DNA of 63,648 nt, the filler included, from Fonticula-like sp. SCN 57-25 (taxonomy: Eukaryota), in assembly GCA_001724245.1 (NCBI GenBank). It is 11 parts of 11 records of this genome, joined end to end, with 100 filler letters (N's around TTAATTAATTAA, not from the genome) between each part and the next. Parts side by side here need not be neighbours in the genome. Positions count along the whole stretch, not along the records: positions 21,504 to 32,312 come from MEDX01000731.1; positions 32,413 to 37,647 come from MEDX01000732.1; 9 more parts are not named here. The stretch is one strand, 5' to 3'. Shown in pieces: positions 23,459 to 33,825 of the stretch (position 1 is its first letter; every line of letters begins with the position of its first letter). Below the pieces are notes generated by a model, which saw only the letters and a list, made by a program, of their open reading frames with translations, searched no databases and was not told the origin of the DNA. A program made the position numbers and the translations under genes.

Positions 23459-25342
23459 ATGGACGAAAAGCTAGCGAAGCTTGCACAAGTCAACAAGGTT
23501 ATCGAGGAATTGGGGGGAATCGACTCGCCCAAGATTCCTCCCGCGCTCGCCGCGAAGCGTGCAGCCCTTGAACGCAATATTGCTGCTCTGGCTGCTGAAA
23601 TCGATGATGACATCGAGTCGAGCCAAGAGGTTAACGAAGATGGTGAGGACGGTAGTTGTGAAAGCCCAGCCCCCCCGGATGAAGCGCCTACCGAGCCCAC
23701 GCGCACCAAGCCCCTGGCATCTGGGCGTCGGGCGGGCCGCCCTACCAGTGAGCGTGGTCGTGGCCGCTCCTCGAAACGAGGCACTTCGCGTTCTCGTCCG
23801 CCCGTTGCCGACGCGGCATCAAGCTATTCCACTCGTCGCAGCCCCGCCCACCATCCTGCCGAGTATTATTCCGGACACCCCGCCGCTCACCCCAGCGTCC
23901 CCTACGGTTATGGCTATTCTCGTTTCGACCCGTATGGTCGCCCGCATGGCCAATTTGGCTATCCTCCCGCTCACCCTGCTGACCCCTATGGTCATCCTTC
24001 CTCCTCCACCGGCCCCTACCCTCCCCCCTATGCGAATGGCTCTCGGTCGTATCCCCCTGCCGACACCGTGGACCCGCGTGACCGCGAGATTGAGGAATTG
24101 CGTCGGGAATTGGCCAGGGCGAAGTTAGCCCCCGGCTCTGCCGCTCCAGCACCAGTTGACCCGCGTGACCGCGAGCTGGAAGAGTTGCGGCAGCAATTGG
24201 CGGCAGTGAAAGCGGGTTCCAGCACTTCCTCAGCCATCGCCGTTGATGCCATAGCCGTCGACCCGGTATTGGCCCGTGAGCTTGAGGAGTTGAAGCACAA
24301 AGTGGCGGCCAAGGCAGCATCTTCCACACCTTCACATGACTCAACAACAGCCAGCAGGAGCAAGACTTCTGTCCGAGCAAGCACTCATGGTACCAGCACT
24401 CGCGGTGATCCTATGATGACAAGCTTTTCGAAGATGGCGGAAGAACGTGCCAAGGCAGAGAAAGCCTTGAGTGATTTTGAGAACAGCTCGTATATGCCGA
24501 CTACCGTCAATCGCAAGCAAGCAGAGGCTGAGAAACGTCTCGAGGATCTCCGCCTCAAGTCGGTGGCACTGAAGTCGGGCGCCCCATCTGCTTCTGATAT
24601 GCGCACTGCGCAAAAGGAAATGGAAAAGTTCAAGGGCGTTGATGTGGCGTTTTTGATGGATTGCACGGGTTCCATGCAGCCCTACATTAACGGCACTCGC
24701 GACAAGATTGTTGAGATCATGCGCCTTATGCCCACGATTAATCCAGAGGCGAAAGTCCGCCTTGGTTTCGTTGGTTACCGCGACCATTGTGATTCGGAGC
24801 GCTTCATCAAGATTGACTTTACTTCTGCGCAGAACGTCGAGCGGCTGGCTTCTGACCTTGGCAAGATACGTGCGGATGGAGGAGGAGATGCCCCTGAGGA
24901 TATTGCAGGCGGTTTGCACATGGTGGCGCACGAGCTGACGTGGCTGGCATCCACTCGGCTGGTGATTCACTTTGCTGACGCGCCCTGTCACGGTTCCCAA
25001 TATCATAGCTTTTCGGACTCGTATCCTGGCGGAGATCCTGACGGTAAAGTCCCAGAGGAATTGTTGAAGTTCATGTGCAAGCGCAGGGTGGACTATACGT
25101 TTGTGCAAATTAACCCCAGCGCTACTGCTTCCATGCTGCAGAAGTTTCAAGCAGCCTACGACGGAACGGTCATTCCGCAGATAAAGAAGGGTACGTTCAC
25201 CGTCATGGATCTCAAGGCACGATCCGACGAGTTTTTACCCAAGGCCATTGCAAACACAATTATGGAGAGCATTCGTTCTTCGATGTCTCGCAGCGTGCAC
25301 CTTAGCGCGAGCACGCGTCGTAGCACCTTCACTATGAGCTGA
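23459..25342 (+). CDS. vWA (MIDAS) domain protein of the VwkA type with disordered/coiled-coil N-terminus
   Basis: DVAFLMDCTGSM (DxTxS), RLGFVGYRDH, GGGDAPEDIAGGL and IHFADAPCHG; three VDPRDRE(I/L)EEL-type repeats. ATG 23459 chosen so that it does not overlap the opposite ORF. Confidence 0.88.
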   Translation: MDEKLAKLAQVNKVIEELGGIDSPKIPPALAAKRAALERNIAALAAEIDDDIESSQEVNEDGEDGSCESPAPPDEAPTEPTRTKPLASGRRAGRPTSERGRGRSSKRGTSRSRPPVADAASSYSTRRSPAHHPAEYYSGHPAAHPSVPYGYGYSRFDPYGRPHGQFGYPPAHPADPYGHPSSSTGPYPPPYANGSRSYPPADTVDPRDREIEELRRELARAKLAPGSAAPAPVDPRDRELEELRQQLAAVKAGSSTSSAIAVDAIAVDPVLARELEELKHKVAAKAASSTPSHDSTTASRSKTSVRASTHGTSTRGDPMMTSFSKMAEERAKAEKALSDFENSSYMPTTVNRKQAEAEKRLEDLRLKSVALKSGAPSASDMRTAQKEMEKFKGVDVAFLMDCTGSMQPYINGTRDKIVEIMRLMPTINPEAKVRLGFVGYRDHCDSERFIKIDFTSAQNVERLASDLGKIRADGGGDAPEDIAGGLHMVAHELTWLASTRLVIHFADAPCHGSQYHSFSDSYPGGDPDGKVPEELLKFMCKRRVDYTFVQINPSATASMLQKFQAAYDGTVIPQIKKGTFTVMDLKARSDEFLPKAIANTIMESIRSSMSRSVHLSASTRRSTFTMS

Positions 25343-25356
25343 CCAGCCTGACCTGT

Positions 25357-26944
25357 TCATTTGGCCCTATCTCTTCTTCTTGTTTCGCTTGTTCGACGTG
25401 TACTTGCGCGAATCGATGAAGTGTACTCTACAACGTGGTCTACATCATCGATTTGCTGCGTGGGCATCAATATATCACTAGTAATTTCTATCCACATGCC
25501 GGAAGACCATGTATCGAATTCACGAGGCCAGTTGGGTGTACGTGTATCATTAATGATAAATACAGAGAAAGCCCGTCCAAACGAAGAATGCTGTATTCGC
25601 GAACACGATAATATGGTGAAAAAGACACTGGCGCAAACACTTACCTGCTCTCGATCCAGGCAACGCAATGCGGGGCAGGCGAGGATGCAACTAGACGATA
25701 CGCAAAAGGTAGATAGGCATCGTAAAAGTTCAGCGTAAGATCCAATTCAATTCCGCTACGATGCTGCCATTACGCTCAAAAAATGCAAAGGCGTTCAAAG
25801 CAACGTGGAGTACTTGATGGTCGCCACGGAAGAACTCCTTGGTGAGCGCCACGGCACGTTTGTGCTCCGCAGAGTAGCTTGACAATGAGGAGACGTGCCT
25901 AATGAGGTCGAATGTCACTTGCGTCAGGACGCGGGGAAACGTCAGATCCCTGCTGTAAAGCGGCAAAAAAGTCGCGCTCAAGGGACCCGAGACAACGAGC
26001 CAGTCTCCCCAATCTCTGGCAAAGCGCAGAATCGACTCGTAGAGCGCCTGCTGTAGTTTGAGCTCGTTGGGAGAGATGAGCATCGAATACCTGCTGCCCT
26101 TGCCCACTTGCGAAACGAGACGAACAAACTCTAGAAAACTCCACAATATTTGCACCGCCCACATGTTGGTGGTCCTATTGTGGTGCTCGGCCGTTGGCAC
26201 AACGGAGGTAGGAAAATCAGCAGCAGCCTCGGCCTTGCCTAAAAAGGGAGGCATAGTATAGTCTGTTGAGCGGGTTCTTGAAGGCGTGCCCGTATTGGTT
26301 GGCTCGCTGCCCGTTGTGCATGATTCATCAACGTCCATCTCGTCTCCACACAAGGCATTGCTGCTTCCTGACTCGCCGTGGCGCACGCTACCTTCGCTCG
26401 GCCTCCCTACGCTGAGTGCATTTTTGGCAGACACTTGACAAGTGACAAGCTCGGTGACGTCCGCCGGGGCCGGGCTCAAAACTGGGTCGTGCCATTGCGG
26501 GTAGAAGGAGGAAGACAACAACCCCTCAAGATCTTCTGGAGACATATCCACCACAAGCAGGCAGCAATCGTTCAGCGCCTCCGCTGCAATTCCCTGGTAA
26601 GCGGGCTCGGAGGGGTCGTCCTCATCATTGTCAAAAATCGAAAGGCCGCCTTTGATGCTTGCAGGTGCAGACGATGACGCAATCGAGCGGGCAGTGCTCT
26701 CGACTGTGTCGACAGTGTCGTAGGATATCTGTGTAACTCGGTCGGATCGGGNAACTCGGTCGGATCGGGGGCTTCTTCCGCCAGTTTCCTGCTTATTCCT
26801 TGGCAGCGATGCTTGCGCTGGAGGTTTGCGACCTCCGGATGCAGCCTGTGCGTAAGTTCTTCTTGTCTTGTTTTCTTGGCGTGGTCGCTGCCCAGCCTGC
26901 CCCATTACGAGCCCGCAAACCTGACCAAAAATTTGAGCCAACAT
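25357..26944 (-). CDS. Hypothetical protein, probably extended by a frameshifted 3' segment
   Basis: 404-aa ORF to 25730. Removing one A near 25748 continues in frame (IGSYAELLRCL...RDRAK*) to 25357, 14 bp from the convergent vWA stop. Confidence 0.5.
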
Positions 26945-27078
26945 GAGGAAGTAAAAATCGCATGCGACAACAAAGCAGATTTTAACACAAAAGCTGACAG
27001 GGCCGTAAGTCTGCCTTTTGTCGGCGCTTGTCTGGCGGCGACTGGCGCTTGTCTGGCGCTTGTCGGTTGTTTGCGGAA

Positions 27079-29346
27079 ATGAGGCCAGCCAGCGCTAGTT
27101 CAAAATCTACCCAACCCCAACGACGGCGACCCGCTTCGACTCGAGACAATGGTGCACATATTCCTGCGATATTAAATGATGCTCCAGCTGAGCATCGCCC
27201 ACCTGCAAAGTGCCGTTTTGGGGTAAAGTGCCATCAGACCGCTTGCCGCTTTTCCCATCCGCCCGAGCGGGTGTTCCCATCGGAGTCCCCGCGACCTGCT
27301 TCGGTTGAATCGACTCGTGACGACAACGCACGTATCCCAGCGGCAGGCCGTACTCAAGCCAAGCATCGCCGACCCCGGCCACCCTCAAAGTGCCGTTTTG
27401 GGTCAGACTGCTTCAATCCTGCATGCCTCTTTCCCCATCCGCCCGAATGGCGAATGTGTCTTGTTCCCGATTGCGCGGACTTCATGTGCGAGCGATTGCA
27501 TGGGCTACCTCGTTCGTTTCCGTTGTGGTATATGGTTCAAAAAGAAATAGGTAGTGATTCACTCGCGCCGCAGCTTAAGACGACATGGAAATCCCTCCTA
27601 AGCACAGTTCGTGCGCATGAAGAAAAACGCTTGTCCGAGCTTAAAGTGCACAAGAAACGTTGTGGTAAGCAACCATCCAAGAGTGCTTCTGGTACCTCTC
27701 CTTTCAGCGTTGATCCCATGGCTGCTGCGCAGGATCGCCTTTTAACGTTTGTCAAGCACCGCTGCGTATTTGATACCTTATTGCATGACTTGCTGACCCT
27801 TTTTCTGGACAAAAACCTGACAACCGTTCTCCTCCACGAACGTCTTCAATGGGAGACGGATCGTTTCGTTGACGCAGTGTTTATGCTTTCTGCTAACGTT
27901 CAGCAGGCAGGAGCGCGTGGCCATCACGCCCCCCCTGCCTCGCGTCGTTCCGGAGCAACGCTGCCCCAGGATATCAACACACTGGACGCGACGCATGATA
28001 ACATTCACTCCCCATCGCGTCGTGTTGCGCCGTCATCTTCTCCTGGTCATCCCAGCACGCTGTCGCCCGCTGCTCGTGCTAGCCTTCCTTCCAATGCCCA
28101 ATCATCGTCGCCCATGGCGCGTGGTACGCCACCGCAGGACGATGAGCTCTTGGCGCGTGTCACGCCGCCGCAGGACGATGAGCTTGCCAAACGCTTGCGG
28201 GAAGCCAAGGAAGCGAAGGAAGCGGAGATGCGCCGGGAGGTCGCAAAGATGAAGCAGCAGCTGGAGCGGATGGAGTTGGAGGAACGGCGGAAACAAAAGA
28301 AGCGAGAAGCAGACGAAGAACGACGACGGCGCATTCAAGACAACTATGTCAAGAAATGTGAAGCGGAAGAAAAGCTCAAGCTTCTCAAGGTGCAGCGTCG
28401 GCTTGAAGGTCTTCAACGAGTGGCGAAATTGCAAAGTAAACTTGACGCGCGCGAGAAAGATATCCAGGAACGTGAGTTGCAAAAGCAGGAACGCGAGTTG
28501 CTAAAGGAGGTTGAGAAGATGGAAGGCAACATCCGTGAGTATGCCTTTATGCAGTCGAAAATCTATGCTGAAAAGGTTGAATACGACGACGTGAGCAACA
28601 CTTGGACTGACTCTAGCGGCTGGACCGACCTTGCGGAGCTCAAGGCCCATCAGTTTTCGCTGACTCCTGAGGGTGAAGGGTGGAAATTCCGGGAAATTGA
28701 ATCCGCCAAACTCTCAGTCCGCGTGCGCAAGCGTCCCTTTGAATGCGGCTCTTTTCGCTTCTGCTATTACGCGCAACTATCCGACGGACGTAAAATGGTG
28801 GCCAAGGCTTTCATTGCGGACAAATTTATCAAGGACAAGACTGTTATGTTGCAAGATGCCATTGCTCAAATGCGCATTCACATGATTGCTCACGAGTACG
28901 CAAAGATCTTTTCGGCCACCGCGCCAGCAGGAACTACTCGCGTCGAATACGTCAAGTCATGGCTCTTGTCAGATGTTAAGGCGGGATCATCGCCATTCAA
29001 TGGGCACTATATTTGGTTCCTTGAACCACTTCTCGATGGCTCCTTCGTCAAGTACAACAATAACAAGGATCAAGTGAAGGACGAGCATGAGGTGCCGCAA
29101 GCATTTTCACACTTTTGCTGGCACCAAAGCAAACAGCGCTTCATGGTGGTGGACGTCCAAGGATTACATGAGGAGAGCAAGCGTCGTTACATGTTGACCG
29201 ACCCTGCCATACATTCCAAAGACAATTCCTGTGGCGACACAGACCTTGGTTCGAGCGGCTTTTCTCATTTCTTTGGGGCACATCGTTGCAACACACTTTG
29301 TCGTCAACTGCGACTTGCGGCCCACCCGGCGCAATCGTCAGCCTGA
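27079..29346 (+). CDS. Alpha-kinase (eEF2K/MHCK family) with N-terminal CCCH zinc fingers and coiled coil
   Basis: CRFGVKCHQTACRFSHP and CRFGSDCFNPACLFPHP; kinase motifs PFECGSFRFCY, VAK, EPLLDGSFVKYNNN, PQAFSHF, VVDVQG, LTDPAIH and GDTDLG..F...HRCN..C. Confidence 0.93.
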   Translation: MRPASASSKSTQPQRRRPASTRDNGAHIPAILNDAPAEHRPPAKCRFGVKCHQTACRFSHPPERVFPSESPRPASVESTRDDNARIPAAGRTQAKHRRPRPPSKCRFGSDCFNPACLFPHPPEWRMCLVPDCADFMCERLHGLPRSFPLWYMVQKEIGSDSLAPQLKTTWKSLLSTVRAHEEKRLSELKVHKKRCGKQPSKSASGTSPFSVDPMAAAQDRLLTFVKHRCVFDTLLHDLLTLFLDKNLTTVLLHERLQWETDRFVDAVFMLSANVQQAGARGHHAPPASRRSGATLPQDINTLDATHDNIHSPSRRVAPSSSPGHPSTLSPAARASLPSNAQSSSPMARGTPPQDDELLARVTPPQDDELAKRLREAKEAKEAEMRREVAKMKQQLERMELEERRKQKKREADEERRRRIQDNYVKKCEAEEKLKLLKVQRRLEGLQRVAKLQSKLDAREKDIQERELQKQERELLKEVEKMEGNIREYAFMQSKIYAEKVEYDDVSNTWTDSSGWTDLAELKAHQFSLTPEGEGWKFREIESAKLSVRVRKRPFECGSFRFCYYAQLSDGRKMVAKAFIADKFIKDKTVMLQDAIAQMRIHMIAHEYAKIFSATAPAGTTRVEYVKSWLLSDVKAGSSPFNGHYIWFLEPLLDGSFVKYNNNKDQVKDEHEVPQAFSHFCWHQSKQRFMVVDVQGLHEESKRRYMLTDPAIHSKDNSCGDTDLGSSGFSHFFGAHRCNTLCRQLRLAAHPAQSSA

Positions 29347-29531
29347 ATGGCCTTTGACAGCCTCTTGCCTTGTCCATACTGTAAGAGAGCCAAATGAATA
29401 CGGTGTACATAGTTAATAATTCCGCTAATATACTACCAGTCTACCAACCCTCTATTATATCGAACCCAAATATCCTTTCGTTCACTGCTCAGAATCTCAT
29501 AATCATCAGTTTTATGCATAATGGTCAGGAA

Positions 29532-29621
29532 ATGGTGATGGTAATGGTGATGGTAATGGTGATGGTGATGGGTGATGGTAATGGTGATGGTAATGGTGAT
29601 GGTAATGGTAATGGTGATGGT
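29532..29621 (+). repeat. (ATGGTR)n hexamer microsatellite
   Basis: Tandem ATGGTG/ATGGTA units seen directly. Confidence 0.95.
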
Positions 29622-30426
29622 TATGTGCAACACGATTGTTAAAGGGGCAAATTACCTGCCTTTTACGGACGTACGATCACTACCAGTAGATCGTCTTTGC
29701 TTTCTTTGGGCACCCCGTACGGAACAGCTCAAACTCTTCTGAAAATCATGATTGATAGTGGATTTGTATTTTTCACCATTGTTCAAAAGGCCAAATGCTC
29801 AGTGATGGAATGACTGAAACTCTCCTGAAAATTATGGTGGGATTTGTACCTCTAGCTTGCTTCCGGCCAAATGCTCAGTGTTGGCACGCTTTTGATAGAC
29901 CGTGGCCTAAAATTGTCCGCCCCAGACAATACCCCAGACAATCAGGGTTTTGTTACGGGAAGGACGCTTTCCCGTAATCCCAGATTTTCGCCGAAACGCA
30001 CCCAAAAATCATTTTTGATTAGCTGGACCATATTTTGATCCTGATTATGTTATCCCAGATTTTTTGTTCCCGAACCTTTCCCGCCAATTTCACGGCGCGT
30101 AGACCTTTGAACATGCCTGCAATGGGCCGTTTCCTTGTGGCAGAAGACAAAAACGCAATTCTATAGGCCAAGTGTATGGGAACCATATAAAAATGTATAG
30201 ATTCTTTTCCTGGCGATTTCAGACCACAGTGCTGCGAATGCGGTGTGTCGCATTGCCGCCATGAGCATTGGCAAAGCATCTGCATCTGCAGCGATGTCCG
30301 ACGGCTGGCCCACAGGCTTCTTTGAATGTGTCTCTCAACTTCAAGCATAACAGTTTCATTGCTCAATTACCCATATTCTGACCGAGCGAGTCTATTACAA
30401 CAATGCGATCGCGCCGCCGCCATCCC

Positions 30427-32308
30427 TCACGTGTACTTTTGCATGACGACCGCATTGAGCAGCTTTTCGTCCGCGACCGTCGCCGCCGGGTCCCTGAGCT
30501 CGCGGTTCGGGAACGTCGTGAGCAGCGCAAAGGGCCGCGCGTCCCCCGGCCGCGATCTTCAATGCACCCACAGTTAGCCATCCCTGCAAACCGCGCCCAG
30601 TTTGCGTACTGCTGGATGAAGCGGACGATGTCGGCGACCGTGTGCGTGTGGTTGAGCTTTGCGACGAGCCTGCTGCCGTCGGCGAGGCGGATCTGCACTT
30701 GCGTCGTCGGCGCGCTCGCGTCGACCTCGATCGTCGCGGCGGCACCGGCGGCGGGCACGGCGGCCGACACGGCGGCGGCGGCAGAGGCGGACGACGCGCC
30801 GTCGCCAGGGATGATACTGACGTAAAATGTGAGAGACGCAAAAAAGAGAGACAAAAATGGCGCACGTTCCGAGGCGGTTTCCGCTGCCGGTAAAGGCCTG
30901 CGCGGGCTGCTTGGTAGGCACGTAGTCCTGGTCCTGGTTGGGCTGGATGTAGAGGTTGACGGGGCCGTGGTCGGCGCGCAGCTCGGCGGGGACGAGTCTG
31001 CAGGGAAAGGAAAGGGTTAGTAAAGGCGGGAAATCATGTAGAAAAAGAAAGGCATAAAAAGCATTAAATTAACCATATCAACAGCCACACAGACATCAAT
31101 ACCAGTCATCATGAACAGGAACATGATCACCATAAACATCAGTCATCATGCACATGACCACCAATACCAGTCATCAATCATGAACAAAACTCATTAAAAT
31201 GTCATCAATGATAAACATAATCATTATCAACCATCAATGTTTCTTGATCCCATTCCCATTCTATGCCATCTCACTTTTCACTTTCCATCCCACTTCACCA
31301 CGCATACCCCTGCCTGATTGTGTTGAGGAACGCGGCGTTCTGCGGCTCCTTATAGTCACGCAGCGGCCCATCGTCCACCGTAAATCCATTACGCCAAAAA
31401 GTGATACGGCGGCGCTGCTCTTCCTCCTGCGCCGGCTGCGCGGCGGGGACAGTGGCGGGGTCGGGGGTGGCGGGGTCGTCGAGGGACTCGCCGAGGCGGT
31501 AGCCGGCGCCGTGGAAGGAGCGCTTGGCGGGGGCTTCGTCAAGAGGCTGGGCGGGGTTTCTGCCAATTAGAGTGAGACATTGTGATATAGGCACAAAAGT
31601 AGACAAGCACAATGATGCATAGATAGGTGGGTAGTGGCATGGACATTGAGCTTGATAGAAACACATAAATTACAAACGTACTGTGCGGCGCGCTTCATAA
31701 TGCTGTCAATTGCGCTGCGGTGCCCGCCTTCCTTTGGCGGTCCCTTGACGGCGACGCCACTAGCACAAGTAGGTCAGATCGGCATCATCAGCAGCAATGA
31801 TGCGTACGAGTGCTTCCCGCCGGCATAAAACTCGTTCGTCTCGTCGTCGTCGTCATCGTCGTCATCGTCATCATCGTCATTGCCGCCGCCGCTGCCGCCG
31901 CGCAGGATGTCGGCCAGTGTGCGGATGCCGCCCCTGTATGCATGCTGATCATCAGCACATCATCAGGCGAGCCAACAAGGGACGCACGAAGGAGGCGCGC
32001 TGCGTGATGATCCCGCCGACGGTGCCGCCGCGGGCGCAGCAGAGGAAGACGATGGCTGTGAAGATGCCTGTATCAAGCATCGGTGTTAGTTAAGCGGCGA
32101 TGTGCGTCAAGGGGATCGCATGCCTGCATGTCGCCGTCGTTCAGGTAGCTCTCCATGGCCGACTGGGGCGGCGGGTGAGTTAATAGAAAGCGAGAGATGG
32201 CGCGCGCACCTCAACGTCGCCGTTAAAGGCCGCAATGAGACGCTCGGCGACGCTGCGAGACGCGCCGGTCGCCTGCACGAAGAACTCAATCCCCTCGTCG
32301 CGTTCCAT
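30427..32308 (-). CDS. NSFL1C: p47/Shp1/NSFL1C Cdc48-p97 cofactor (UBA-SEP-UBX), multi-exon
   Basis: UBA-like [38 protein letters not shown] box [27 protein letters not shown]...TTFPNREL...LLNAVVMQK. Confidence 0.93.
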
Positions 32309-32412
32309 CGTCNNNNNNNNNNNNNNNNNNNNNNNNNNNNNNNNNNNNNNNNNNNNTTAATTAATTAANNNNNNNNNNNNNNNNNNNNNNNNNNNNNNNN
32401 NNNNNNNNNNNN

Positions 32413-33466
32413 AAACCAGGTGAGCGTGTTGGCGACAGCAGAACTGGTGTGCAAACAATGGCTCCGTATTGTCCAGTCGAACAATGCACAAATCAATTTG
32501 TGGCTTTTTTTCGCAAACCAAGAATTGGGCTTGATGGCCAAGAACTTAGAGGTTCAACATGTAAAACAATATGTGATGATGCATTGGGCTACTTTTCACA
32601 AGGTGGATCTTGAAAAGGCATTTGAATGGCTGAAAAATGAGAGAATCAAGAATGGAACCATTCCCGAACTTCGAGTTTGTGTAATTGGTGCTGGTGGATG
32701 TGGCAAGAGCAATACTGTCATTCGCTTTGTTTCGAATCAGTTTGTAGAAGAGTAAGTCATACTACTCCTTGCAGATCATTTCTTTTTCATTTCAACTAAC
32801 GAAAACACAAAACTGCCTCAGTTATGATCCATTGATCGGTTCGTTAAGCTGAAGCCCTATCATCTTGTTTCTCACCTAAACAGAAGATACATACAGAAAA
32901 CAAGTTTCGCACAGAGATATCCCGTTTATATGTGAAATATTGGATACAGGCAAGTTATAGCATATTTGATAAAAATTTGTGTGATTATATGTAATTAGGT
33001 GGGACTGAGGATTATAGGGCATTACGAGGTTTGAATAATGCGGATGTTATATGCATTCTTGTTGACAAATTTATCTTTAGATTGGATTCATAGATTCACT
33101 AATGCAATCATCCTTGTATGCTCTGTAGACAAAACAGACTCATTACTAAAAGATGGAGTTGATAAATTCATTCCATTTATCATCGAAACGATGAAAATAC
33201 AGTCTATTAAATTTATCCCATTTATTCTTGTGGTAAACAAGATAGACCTCCCATTAGAGAAACATGTAATCTCTGACAAGATTATTGAAGAGCAGGTGAA
33301 AAAATATGGAATACCAGCTTGGACAAAGATAAGCTGTTTACAAGATATTGGAGGACCAGATGTGTACTCAAATTTAATCGACCAGATGGTGAAGAAACTG
33401 TATTGGGAGCACCTGTTGCGCAATGTAGAGAAGACACGGAAGAAGAAGAAATGCCAAATGATGTGA
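32413..33466 (+). CDS. F-box-Ras-family GTPase fusion with CaaX, 5'-truncated
   Basis: F-box tail LATAELVCKQW...LW; spliced GTPase GAGGCGKS, YDPLIED, DTGGTE, NKID and C-terminal KKKKCQMM. Confidence 0.8.
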
Positions 33467-33825
33467 ACAAATCAACCATTGGGAAGCAATATGTGAAATT
33501 GTATTGGTCATATGTTAAAACAAATCAAAAAAGTTTAAGCAAACAACAACAACTCTTCTGAACATTGATGTAGCAAAGATATAATTCTTTCATTGTATGT
33601 GTTGGCATTTGTAACTCATTGTTGAGTGAGTAGTAATTACTAGGAACAAATCGTACAACCACACTTGATAACTGTAAAACTTGGTGCTACTTCAACACCA
33701 GATTTGTTGAATGTTGAGTGCCCTGGTTTCATACAATGCGAATACCAACTGATACACATGAAGAAAACAAATTTTCGCACGAACTTACAACCACTCCTCA
33801 CTCACAAAAACCATTAGTTGACTAG

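Noticed and set aside
26735-26769. 17-bp tandem duplication around a single N
   Set aside because: Typical scaffold-overlap artefact; collapsing it keeps the ORF in frame.
29532-29621. Telomere or poly-His/MV-repeat ORF
   Set aside because: Internal, mixed hexamer units and no coding context; it is a simple microsatellite.
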